From positions 8,975 to 72,974 of IMG/VR virus record IMGVR_UViG_3300043036_000358: a stretch of 64,000 nt of DNA; one strand, 5' to 3'. The DNA comes from a virus. Taxonomy: Duplodnaviria > Caudoviricetes. Both the position numbers and the translations under genes were made by a program. Of the stretch, positions 18,408 to 27,900 are shown in pieces (the stretch's first letter is position 1; every line of letters starts with the position of its first letter). The notes under the pieces were generated by a model. It was not told where the DNA came from, searched no databases, and worked only from the letters and a program-made list of their open reading frames with translations.

Positions 18408-19046
18408 TTATAGTGGAGTATCTTCCGTGCTGTCAGTATCGTCTACGTCTTCGTAGTCAACTACATCTTCTGGTGCTAGTTCGCTGAATACTAAGACTAG
18501 TATATCACGATAAGGTTGTTCTACAAGATGTAAGTCTAGTAAGTAAGTATCAAGATGATTATTACGTAGCAACTGAGCATGGTACATAAACTGACCAAAA
18601 GCATCTAGTTGTTGCGAAATATTCTCATTTGCGTAGTTTTCTAGAGTCTGTGCAGCAGCCATTAGCATTACGTGTGGAATCTGTGATTTTGTTACAGTTA
18701 CTAAGCGCAGTGCTTTGGCTTCTCGTGCACGCATAATTTGATTACGCTTGGCTGTGCTCCAACTATAACCACCGTCTCCGCCCCATAAGTCCCAAGCTAC
18801 TCGACCCTTACTTGGAAAACCTTCTTCGCCGCTGCGAAAACCAGTTGCGGACTTATCTGGCTCGTGACGAGAGAAAAAGCTATACATGCGTAGCACAACG
18901 CTTTCCGATAGCGGTTCACGATCTTTTAGTTGATTAGCGCGTGCTAGCCCTACTAGTGTGCCACCAGGTTCACCATCTGCTTTCCATGCCAGGGCACGCT
19001 TGGCTGCTGTAGCCATGCCTGTTGTTGGTTTGTATGTTTTTGCCAT
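18408..19046 (-). CDS. Conserved phage protein (RMYSFFSRH / GRVAWDLWGGD domain)
   Basis: N-terminal ~100 aa carries a motif set recurrent in phage proteins; acidic tail. Confidence 0.7.
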   Translation of the reverse strand: MAKTYKPTTGMATAAKRALAWKADGEPGGTLVGLARANQLKDREPLSESVVLRMYSFFSRHEPDKSATGFRSGEEGFPSKGRVAWDLWGGDGGYSWSTAKRNQIMRAREAKALRLVTVTKSQIPHVMLMAAAQTLENYANENISQQLDAFGQFMYHAQLLRNNHLDTYLLDLHLVEQPYRDILVLVFSELAPEDVVDYEDVDDTDSTEDTPL

Positions 19047-19373
19047 TTATTTTACTGCCTGTTTTTGCAAGTACTTAATCTTTTCTTCGTGAATAGAAAT
19101 AGCTTCCCTATTTGACTGGATAGCATCACGGTTCCGTTGAATTGCTTCTGTTAGATCCTGACGTAGTCTTTCACGAGCTAGTTCAGCACCAGTATTTGGA
19201 GCTTGTTTATTGTCGCTAGTTACAACTAAACTAACCTTGCTTTCTAAGATAGTTACTTGATGTGCTAGTGTACCCACTGCACTTAGTAAATAACCTACAC
19301 CTGCTATAATTAGAGGTAACAAGGCAAATAGTAGTTTTTCTATAAACATACCTTTTTCGTTTTGATCTGCCAT
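19047..19373 (-). CDS. Single-TM coiled-coil protein
   Basis: Hydrophobic LLFALLPLIIAGVGYLLSAV then heptad-rich helix. Confidence 0.65.
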   Translation of the reverse strand: MADQNEKGMFIEKLLFALLPLIIAGVGYLLSAVGTLAHQVTILESKVSLVVTSDNKQAPNTGAELARERLRQDLTEAIQRNRDAIQSNREAISIHEEKIKYLQKQAVK

Positions 19374-19375
19374 AC

Positions 19376-20131
19376 TTAATTCCTATAAGCCATAATAATT
19401 TGTTTACACATCTTGCTACGAACAATATCTTCGTCTAAGAACTCAACTACTTCAATGCCTTCGATACCTTCTAGGCGATCTACAGCATCTTCAAGTCCGC
19501 TATCGTGTATGTCTGATTGCTCAGTGTCACCGCTAAAGATCATTTTACAGTTCTTGCCAATACGTGATAAGAGCATTTTCATCTCCTCACGTGTGCAGTT
19601 TTGTGCCTCGTCTACTAGCACAATGCAGTCGTCAAAAGTTGTGCCGCGTAAAAATCCCAGCGGAGTTGGTTCAATGTCCTTGGACTTTAAACAATACTCA
19701 TAAAAGCCTTTGCCTAGCGCACGTGTAAAGATTGCATCAAAAGGCAGCAAGTATGGTGCGTACTTTTCTTCCAGCGTACCAGGCAAGAACCCTAAACCGC
19801 GGCCAGTTTCCACATTGGGTCTGGTTAAGATAACTTTTGAAACTCGCTTGTAGTAAAGTTCACGTGCAGCATAACTAGCAGCAATAAAGGTTTTACCTGT
19901 GCCTGCGCTACCAATACCAAATACTACTTCACAGTTTTCAATAGCATCTAAGTAGTCTGCTTGTATTGAGTTTAGTGGTTGGATCTCTTTGAAATTATAA
20001 TTACGCTGTGGCTGTGGCTCTGGGTTGCCTGCTTGTTTTTCACTACGTAATTTGCTCTTTTCTTCTTGAGATACGCGAGCTGACTTTTTTGCTGGAAAGG
20101 TGCGATGGGATTTACCACTATTTCTTGCCAT
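19376..20131 (-). CDS. phoH: PhoH-family ATPase
   Basis: GSAGTGKT, LGFLPGTLEEK, FLRGTTF, VDEAQN, GDTEQSD, DIVRS. Confidence 0.96.
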   Translation of the reverse strand: MARNSGKSHRTFPAKKSARVSQEEKSKLRSEKQAGNPEPQPQRNYNFKEIQPLNSIQADYLDAIENCEVVFGIGSAGTGKTFIAASYAARELYYKRVSKVILTRPNVETGRGLGFLPGTLEEKYAPYLLPFDAIFTRALGKGFYEYCLKSKDIEPTPLGFLRGTTFDDCIVLVDEAQNCTREEMKMLLSRIGKNCKMIFSGDTEQSDIHDSGLEDAVDRLEGIEGIEVVEFLDEDIVRSKMCKQIIMAYRN

Positions 20132-20172
20132 GAGTTTCCTTAAAAGGTTAATAAAATTCCTGATAAGTGCTT

Positions 20173-20201
20173 ATTTTACCAGGAAATTTGTGTGCTGTCA
20201 A
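20173..20201 (-). promoter_or_regulatory. Sigma70-type promoter for phoH
   Basis: Minus strand TTGACA-17 nt-TAAAAT. Confidence 0.75.
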
Positions 20202-20209
20202 ATATAAAT

Positions 20210-20410
20210 TTACTTCGGGGCTTTTGGTGGTACGGGTGTACCTTCCAGCTTTTTATGAATTTTTACTTGTTTACAAACTTCTTTTGGTTTCTTAGTTTTT
20301 GGGTCTGTTTGTTCTACACAAACCCGCTTGGTTTCGGCAGCAAGCACTGAGTTATTATATCCCAGGAAAAAAATGCCTGAGACTAAGGCTAATACTAGTA
20401 ATGGATTCAT
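20210..20410 (-). CDS. Small exported basic protein with two Cys
   Basis: Signal-peptide-like N-terminus, RVC..EVC, Pro/Lys tail. Confidence 0.6.
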   Translation of the reverse strand: MNPLLVLALVSGIFFLGYNNSVLAAETKRVCVEQTDPKTKKPKEVCKQVKIHKKLEGTPVPPKAPK

Positions 20411-20863
20411 TTAAATCTCCGGTTGTGGTGCTGGTTGTGGTGCTGGCTTGCCATTAATAAGTCTGATCTCTGCTAGTGCAGTACCATTAAAACCAGCTGT
20501 AGTAGATAACCCAGTATGAAATGTTGGTTCTTGGCGCGGCACATAGCTGGTTTTGGCAGCAGCTGCGGCATTGGCTTGAGCTTGTTTCATCATAGCCAGT
20601 GTAGCGTCTACTTCCTCCTTGCTGCCACCAGCCAACATAATTCCACTTAGAGTACCAGTTAAGAACGTGGCGATTGGAACAATTAACTCAAAAAACTTTT
20701 GGTCAATTGGTGAGATTGCGTTTAGTGGTTGTGTTACAAATATCAAGCTATAAAGAACAACAAACACAATACCTGTTAGTGTGAGGGCTAAGCACACTCC
20801 AATAAAGAACTTTAGGCGAGCCATTAGCTGCTCGTCGGTGTATAAGAAATCGTTACTTTGCAC
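20411..20863 (-). CDS. Two-TM membrane protein (holin candidate)
   Basis: Hydrophobic segments FFIGVCLALTLTGIVFVVLYSLIFV and LIVPIATFLTGTLSGIML; downstream of endolysin. Confidence 0.65.
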   Translation of the reverse strand: MQSNDFLYTDEQLMARLKFFIGVCLALTLTGIVFVVLYSLIFVTQPLNAISPIDQKFFELIVPIATFLTGTLSGIMLAGGSKEEVDATLAMMKQAQANAAAAAKTSYVPRQEPTFHTGLSTTAGFNGTALAEIRLINGKPAPQPAPQPEI

Positions 20864-21119
20864 AGGCTACTCCGGGGTTGGTTGCTTGAGGCACTACAGC
20901 ACCTTTTGGGTCTAAGCGCGGATCGCGCTGACCTTTAAAAATATGATCTGGACAAGTGCGTGTTACGTCGCAGATAGGTCGATGACACTGAGGTGTATCC
21001 CAGTTATCAGGATTCTGGCACGGGTATCTAAAACGATCACTACCAAAAAATGACAGTGCTATTGGTAACAACACAAGCAGCCCAAGCCACTTAAATAACT
21101 TTATATCATTCATTACCAT
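20853..21119 (-). CDS. Membrane-anchored Cys-rich periplasmic protein
   Basis: N-terminal hydrophobic stretch then FRYPCQNPDNW..PQC..PIC....TCP. Confidence 0.65.
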   Translation of the reverse strand: MVMNDIKLFKWLGLLVLLPIALSFFGSDRFRYPCQNPDNWDTPQCHRPICDVTRTCPDHIFKGQRDPRLDPKGAVVPQATNPGVACAK

Positions 21120-21601
21120 CTCCCAGCATTGCTGCCTAGTTCATAGAAGATCCCAGTAAGGTATATGCCTAAGGCTAGTACAACAGCTAAAATACTGCCC
21201 CAAAAAGCATTTTCTAGTAGCTTTGCGCGTCTTCTTAGCTTTTCTTTTTCAGCAGCTTCTCGGTCTTCTCGTAGTTTTTTACGAAGCTGTATAAACTCGT
21301 GGTAGCCGGCACTGCCCAACTCCTGCAGCTCACCATAAGTAAACATATGGTGAATTTCTTTTTCCATCTGCTGAAGTTGAGCTTTAGCAGCCATTATATC
21401 AAATGCCTGACCAGTAACAGAGCCAAGTACTTTAGCTCCAGGTCTAGAGCTTTTATTAATAGCTTCGGTTAAGTTTCCAGCATGGCTAGCCCACTTACTT
21501 AGTTGCGAGTAAATATCTTGAGCTTCTCGCCCAACTGCAATTGCTTTCTTAACTCCGTTAAAAGCAGCACTAGTTAAAGCTAGTATTGTTACTGGATCCA
21601 T
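21113..21601 (-). CDS. Hypothetical helical protein with C-terminal TM
   Basis: MDPVTILAL..AFNGVKKA N-terminus, charged helix, hydrophobic C-terminal segment. Confidence 0.65.
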   Translation of the reverse strand: MDPVTILALTSAAFNGVKKAIAVGREAQDIYSQLSKWASHAGNLTEAINKSSRPGAKVLGSVTGQAFDIMAAKAQLQQMEKEIHHMFTYGELQELGSAGYHEFIQLRKKLREDREAAEKEKLRRRAKLLENAFWGSILAVVLALGIYLTGIFYELGSNAGRW

Positions 21602-21613
21602 AATCCCGCTCCT

Positions 21614-22231
21614 TTAGGTATCTAATACGTGTAGTGCATGCTCATAATGCTTTATTCGGTCTTCAAGTCCAATAGTACCACCATTGATACGTTTGGTTAG
21701 TGTTAATATATCGCCACTATCTGCCCACTGATTTAGATTATTAGTTTCCCAAAACCAGCAAGCCGACTGCGCAGCGCCTTCAAATGTTTCTAAGTACTCA
21801 GCCGCCTCCTCAACACCGATGCCAAGACTAGCAGCAAACCAGCTGTAGTTATCGCGGCCGGTTAGTTGAATAAGCCCGCGTCCACAATATCTGTACCCAT
21901 CACCGGACTCTGGTGGCCCATTACCCATGCGGTTGGCGTATACAAGATTGGCAATTGCGGCTTGCTTGCCTGCATACTGCTGCGCTAGTTCGTCACTAGG
22001 AAAGTATTTAGGAAATATTTTGCGTAGCGTGGCTGCACGATAGTTTAGGTTTTCACGTAGTGCCGTAAACCCGCCGGACTCGTGCGCACACTGTGCTATA
22101 AAAGCTGCAATACGTTGTGGGGTATTGATTTCGTAGTCTGGCAGGAGTTTTGCGAGCGCACTATGCCAGTGCTTGACGTGTGAGTTTCGTGGCAGCAACT
22201 GCTGTAGTTGTTGTAGTGTTAGTTCGGTCAC
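21614..22231 (-). CDS. Endolysin, glycoside hydrolase family 19
   Basis: RIAAFIAQCAHESGGF, RENLNY, YANRMGNG, GRGLIQLTGR.NY, TKRINGG..GLEDR. Confidence 0.93.
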   Translation of the reverse strand: MTELTLQQLQQLLPRNSHVKHWHSALAKLLPDYEINTPQRIAAFIAQCAHESGGFTALRENLNYRAATLRKIFPKYFPSDELAQQYAGKQAAIANLVYANRMGNGPPESGDGYRYCGRGLIQLTGRDNYSWFAASLGIGVEEAAEYLETFEGAAQSACWFWETNNLNQWADSGDILTLTKRINGGTIGLEDRIKHYEHALHVLDT

Positions 22232-22488
22232 TTTAACCCTTCATGGATAATTTTTTGTTGCTGATACCATTCCTGCCATGCAGTTAATTTAACCACACAC
22301 TGGTAGTATTGAGTGTAGTTTTGGTTAACCACCTCGGCTACTTGGCTTAGTGTGGGGCTACTGGGTAACTGTTGTAGCTCACCACAAGCCTGCGTGCTTT
22401 GCAAGCCTGGGGCCTCTGGCCAGTGCTGCGTGACTGGCACAACTGAGGCGCAGCCGGTTAAAAATAGTGCTAGTAGTATAACTTTCAC
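22228..22488 (-). CDS. o-spanin (lipoprotein)
   Basis: Lipobox FLTGC, Pro-rich segment, NY..YYQC motif; overlaps i-spanin and endolysin by 4 nt. Confidence 0.8.
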   Translation of the reverse strand: MKVILLALFLTGCASVVPVTQHWPEAPGLQSTQACGELQQLPSSPTLSQVAEVVNQNYTQYYQCVVKLTAWQEWYQQQKIIHEGLK

Positions 22489-22904
22489 TTTGGTGCCTTT
22501 GCTGCACTATTATGTGCTGTAACAAACTCAACTGGTATTTGACAAGTTGCATCATGTTTTACAACTTCACGAGTAATGTACTCGGTAGTAGCTTCACCAC
22601 GTTGACGTATAACTTGAGTTTTGGTAATCACGCGTTCTTTTATTGTTTCGTTTACTTGTTGCGATTTAGCTTCTGCAACCTCAACTTTATGCTGCAAGTC
22701 TTTTGCGGCTTGTTGCCACACACCATCGGCGTATAAGAGTCCCATAATAAAAATTACGGCAAGCACTACCACACCACCGACTATTTTAATAGGCAACTGG
22801 TACGTTTTTAGTGGAACTAGTTGTGATAGAAAATAGCCGGAAAATCCCGCTAGCAATAGTAGCCCCCAAAACCAATCTGGAAAAATTTCTAAAATCCAAA
22901 ACAT
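22485..22904 (-). CDS. i-spanin
   Basis: N-terminal hydrophobic helices, periplasmic coiled coil, C-terminal CQIP; adjacent to o-spanin. Confidence 0.75.
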   Translation of the reverse strand: MFWILEIFPDWFWGLLLLAGFSGYFLSQLVPLKTYQLPIKIVGGVVVLAVIFIMGLLYADGVWQQAAKDLQHKVEVAEAKSQQVNETIKERVITKTQVIRQRGEATTEYITREVVKHDATCQIPVEFVTAHNSAAKAPK

Positions 22905-22933
22905 TTGGCAACCTTGTGTTATTTAGTATAATT

Positions 22934-23515
22934 TTATGCGGGCCAAGCAATTGTTGGGAGCAGGGCCATTACTTGAGCATGTGAAGTTGGTTGCGGTTCT
23001 TGTGCAAGATCTACTCTACCTAAGTAGTCTTCAAGGATTGTCCAAACTTGATCGCGTAGTTGAAGGCAATGCAAAGCTTCGGTTCTATATGTTTCGTTGC
23101 TTGAAGAAGTGTAGCTAACAGTCTCAAGGATACTTTCGTAGCCACGTGCTCTGGCCATTGTTTCCAAGTCATTCTTGGCGCGGGACACAATGATGTTGCG
23201 CACATCCCGCCACTGGTGGTCGTATACGTCATACGTCATGGTGATGTTCTTTGCTTCGTGGTCGCGTTCCCACTGCAAGTCTGGTTTCAATACAGCGTGC
23301 TGAAAATCACCAGTGCTTGGAGGTGAGTTTATGAGCTTGTACAAGCCCAGTGCTTTGACCTCGGCTTCAGGCTGCTGTAAATCAACCTGGGAGTACGCTA
23401 CCCCGTCTAAAACAAAATTTGAGTAGGTAACATCGACCAAGTTGTCTCCGTCAATGTAGACCCAGTGGTTTACAGGAGTTGGCGTGTCGAATAAAGGTGT
23501 GGTTGTTTCAGTCAT
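22934..23515 (-). CDS. Tail fibre assembly-like protein
   Basis: C-terminal ARARGYESI...SY..S...RD.VW...LP.IAWP pattern typical of fibre-associated proteins; follows the adhesin. Confidence 0.6.
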   Translation of the reverse strand: MTETTTPLFDTPTPVNHWVYIDGDNLVDVTYSNFVLDGVAYSQVDLQQPEAEVKALGLYKLINSPPSTGDFQHAVLKPDLQWERDHEAKNITMTYDVYDHQWRDVRNIIVSRAKNDLETMARARGYESILETVSYTSSSNETYRTEALHCLQLRDQVWTILEDYLGRVDLAQEPQPTSHAQVMALLPTIAWPA

Positions 23516-23521
23516 GTTATA

Positions 23522-24910
23522 TTAAGCATTAAATGTAATTAAAATTTGGCCCGGTTTACCGCTTACTCCGGCATAGCGATTGGCTACATTGGGGTTTAAG
23601 GGGCCTTTCCCAGCGCCTCCATAACCAACAGTTCCTTGTGGGTTCGGTGGGGTGCTAGAAATTCCAGAAGATGCTGTTGACCCGGAGCCACGATAAACCT
23701 TATTTGATCCACTGCCACTACCGCGTTGAAACCCTCCAGTACTTCCTTGGTCAGCAAAATGCTGTGGATTTGGGGCTCCGCAAAAAGCTCCGCCACCGCC
23801 GTGACCTGAACCAAGGTAGGTTAAGCCAGCAGCTCTATCCGTCTCGTTTGCTGCTGTATTGATAGAAGATGGGCCCAAACAAGCCAAAACTGCTTCTTCA
23901 AAAAATACCGCTGTGCCTGCGGTACGTGTAGCATCAAGATGTAAGCCGCCACCGATAACACCCTTAACAAAACCGGGATTATTAGCAACAAACCCATTAC
24001 CGTGTGCAGTTGTAGTAGCCCCTGTACCAGAGCCAGAGTAAAACCCAGCAGACCCAGAATCAGCAGAACCGCCACTACCTCCACTACCGGAACTGCCGAC
24101 GCTCCAATTTATTCCACCACCTCCACCACCTCCACCAGCAATTAACACACAATTTGCTGCGGAGAACAGGTCTTTATAGTTTGCGCTGTTCCAGTTTAAG
24201 GCTGAATCTGGATACCAACTAGACCCTTCAAGAACATACACTGCACTGGCCCAGCCTGCATTTCCGGTGTACCAAGTAGCCGACCCACCAGCCCCACCAG
24301 CCCCCGCCATACAGCAAAGTACTTGTCCTACAAAAACATCAGTTCCTACGGTAATTGTTGTTGTGGCATACCCACCAGCTCCTCCGTTACCCGGACTACT
24401 ACCAGAAGTCCACGAGCCTCCTGAACCACCGCCGCCGCCCCAAGCTTGAATGGTAATTGTTGAACAGCCGCTAGGAACAACAAAATTACTAACCGCGTTT
24501 TCAAACTCAGGATAATACGTAGCACCCGGGGTTCTTAAATCACTAGAAGTAAGAGTTGCTCCAATCACGACGTTTGAGCCAAGATAAGTGTAGTCTGTGT
24601 AACCAGTATCCAGACCCTCATGAAAAGAACTTACAACTGCATTAACTGTACCAATAACAAACGCAGGTCTTCTGCTTGAAAACAGCACAGTGTTATTGAT
24701 TGAGTTAGTGTTTCCAATCGTTGGTGTAATAAATGCGTTTTTGCCTCTGAAGTCAGACAAAGCAATCTGGGACAAAGCAGTTCTTTTACCAGCTAAATAC
24801 CGTAGTGTGGTGCTGTCAAGCGAAAGCTCCGTAGCGTTAGCTGCACCTAAAAGCGAAGAGTTAATTAAACCAAAACTAAGATTGGTTTGGCTGTATAAAA
24901 TTAGTGCCAT
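23522..24910 (-). CDS. Glycine-rich adhesin (gp38-like, polyglycine loops)
   Basis: Many GGGGG runs; N-terminal IALSDFRGK motif; abuts an S74-capped fibre. Confidence 0.7.
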   Translation of the reverse strand: MALILYSQTNLSFGLINSSLLGAANATELSLDSTTLRYLAGKRTALSQIALSDFRGKNAFITPTIGNTNSINNTVLFSSRRPAFVIGTVNAVVSSFHEGLDTGYTDYTYLGSNVVIGATLTSSDLRTPGATYYPEFENAVSNFVVPSGCSTITIQAWGGGGGSGGSWTSGSSPGNGGAGGYATTTITVGTDVFVGQVLCCMAGAGGAGGSATWYTGNAGWASAVYVLEGSSWYPDSALNWNSANYKDLFSAANCVLIAGGGGGGGGINWSVGSSGSGGSGGSADSGSAGFYSGSGTGATTTAHGNGFVANNPGFVKGVIGGGLHLDATRTAGTAVFFEEAVLACLGPSSINTAANETDRAAGLTYLGSGHGGGGAFCGAPNPQHFADQGSTGGFQRGSGSGSNKVYRGSGSTASSGISSTPPNPQGTVGYGGAGKGPLNPNVANRYAGVSGKPGQILITFNA

Positions 24911-27900
24911 TACTTCACCTGCAAACGAAGTGCATCGACTTCGGCTTTCAGTTCTTTGATGGCTTCAATCAGCAGCGGCACCAGTTTTTCGTAAGCAACT
25001 GCTTTAATGCCACTGCCCCTAGTACCAACAATTTCTGGTAGTACTAATTCGACTTCTTGAGCAATAACACCTGTGTCTGCTTTACGAACAAAGTAACCGT
25101 CTTCACCACCACGTTCTTCAATGTAACTTTGCTTCCAGTCAAACATAACACCATTAAGAACCAGAACTTTATCAAGAGCACCTGTGATGTTACGAATATT
25201 TTCTTTTAGCGAACGATCTGAAGTATAGTAGCCTGTGATGTTGCTTGTAGCGCGAATTTCACCTGTGGTGCCAGAGGCCGCCGTTCCTACTCCAAAACTA
25301 TCAACCCTTATGTCAGCGGAAGTTACAGCAGTAGCAACAGCTGCTGCTGTAACAAGCTCTGTTTTGACGTTTGCTAAAGTTTTGGGTCTAACGAATCCAT
25401 CCGAAGCAGTTTCAACAAAGTAGTGCGTTGCAGCGGTTGCGGTGTCGCCAGTGCCTAAAGTGTTCAGGTTTGTTACGTAAAAGTTTCCAGAATAATTTAG
25501 TCGCGTAGTACCCGTAGGAGTTGTAGCACTTGTGTTAAAGAATCCAGCAACATCAGTTGTTCCAATAACAGCCATGGTACCTGCGGCATCAGGCATGGTT
25601 ATAATTCTGTTTGCAGTTGCTGCGCTAACTAGTGAATTATAAAAAGTACCTGCAGAATTATAAATTCTAAAGTCACTTGTACCGCCAATGACTGCAGCTA
25701 ATTTTGGAGCACCGGCATTAGGCGCAGTCCAAAACTGTAGTTCTCCACCACCAGTTGTGCCAACAGCAACTCCTAGTATATACGTGGTATCACCAGCACC
25801 GCCTGCTGCTGCGTCACGTGCATTAAAATAAATACCACCAAGCTCTTGACCAGCAGCTAGACTTGTATCATTTGATCCAAGTCGGATTCGTGAGGAGGCA
25901 CCGTATAGTGAAATATCAACGGTTCTTACTGTATCAACAGTAATCAAACCACCAGAGCCAGTTCCGCCTAGTGCAGTAATGGTTAGTGTATTACCAACTT
26001 GGAATCCAGAACCCCGCTCAGTAATTGTAGCAACTGTTACTATCCCACCTACTACAGTAAAGTCAAAGGTAGCGTATACACCCTGTCCACCACTTAACAC
26101 AATATTTGGGTAAGATCCGTCTACGTAATCAGTACCGCCTGAAGTTAAGGTATATGTAAGAATTGGGCCTGAGTTAGCAGGCATATCTTTCCACAATGTA
26201 GCAAAGCGAAGATCGTTAATTCTAGAACCAGCTGTAGTACTTTGTGCAGTTAGCGCGGAAGCTGCTGCTAGGTAGTAAGTTGTGCCTGAACTATACAACG
26301 TTGGAACTGTTAAGTTACCAGTTAGTGTTCCGCCGGCGATTGGTAAATAACTAGTAGCATTGCTAAGTGGTGTAAAACCCAGTGCAGTAGTAACGTTAGC
26401 GCTAGTAATTTCGCCACGAATAGTTGCTGAACTTTTATTTTCAACGCTACCTAAACCTACATCGCTGCTAGTAAGCGTAACGATACCGGTTTTACCAGCT
26501 ACACTATCTACAGCACCGCTGTTAAATGACACGTAAACAGTACCGCCCCAACGATAAGTTTTGTTGGTGTCTAGGTCAATATAAATTTTACCGGTTTCGC
26601 CTGTGGCTGGAAAAGCCGCTAGGTTAGCGTATTCTAAGACGTCGTCTACGTAACTTGGCAGTCTAGCAGCATCAATTGTACCGCTGGTAATTTTGTTGGC
26701 ATCAAGACTAGGTATGTCTGCTGCTTGAATTGCAGACATTACCACATTTGTACCGTTACCGCGAAGGTAGCTACCACTTGTAACAGCACCTGCAAAAGCA
26801 TTCATGCCTAGTTGCGCTGTTGCAGCCCCACTACCACCGTTAGCTAAGGCTACTACACCTGTAACGTTTGTTGCATTGCCAGTTAAGTCGGCAGTTATTC
26901 CATTAGGTACTTCAAGAGTACTAGATATTGTACGAACAGTTGAGGTTGTCGTAACTTCAGTTAAACCAGCTGTATTTAGTGCGGTTAGTGCTACAGTTTG
27001 TTGCAGGTAGTTATAGTCGCCACGTTCTTGAACGCGCAGTGACCAACCAATGTTTTGAAGTGATGCATTAGTAGTATATCCAATTACTACCAGACCACTA
27101 GCAGTATCGTGATAAACACGAACATTGATTACTCTGCCAAGATTTGTGATTTCTTCTTCAAAAAATGTAAAAGATTTTGAACTAACTGGTGTATCTGTGC
27201 GTATGTTTAGTATAAAACGGTTTACACCAACTGAGGCACCACTGCCACCACGAATTTCGCCAACAATTGCAACGTTTTGGCTAACACCAGTAAAGGTTAA
27301 TCGCCCAAGTTCATATAGTGTACTACCAACAACTGTGGTGCTAAACCCAGATGCATAGTCACGTACATATACATTAGTACCTTGCAGAATTTGTGATGCT
27401 TTTAGTATACCTGTACTGGTTAAATTTCCAGATATAGTAGTATTGCCATCACTGGTCATTCTTAGACCAACACCGCCAGCCACGCTTGACCAAGGTGCAA
27501 TAACTAAAGCACCGGCGTTTTGTGTTCCGGTTGAGAAAATAAGGCCAGTATCGTCAGTTTGTACAATCGAGTTATAACTACCAGCACCAAGTCTTGGGTA
27601 AACTCTTAGTGCGTAATTACCATTTGCAAATACAGCAGACGCTGTTGTAGAGGCTACAGCTCCACCTACGTTTGTTATAAGTGTATCTGTAAAAGTTTTT
27701 GAACCAGCAATAATTTGTGCACCGGTAGTATATACACCATTAGTTACGGTGTCTGCATTACCTGCAGTTGCAACGTTTAAGTTAGCAACACGTGTAGTTG
27801 ATGCAACTACAAATGGTGCAGTATTGGTTACTACTGTAGATGTTATCTGAGAACTTGTGGTTAAGCCACCACTAAAACTTTGTCCATTTTGGGAACTTAA

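Noticed and set aside
22915-22932. T4-like late promoter (TACTAAATA on the minus strand) before the spanins
   Set aside because: Single occurrence, not seen before other late operons, and no gp55-like sigma factor in the window
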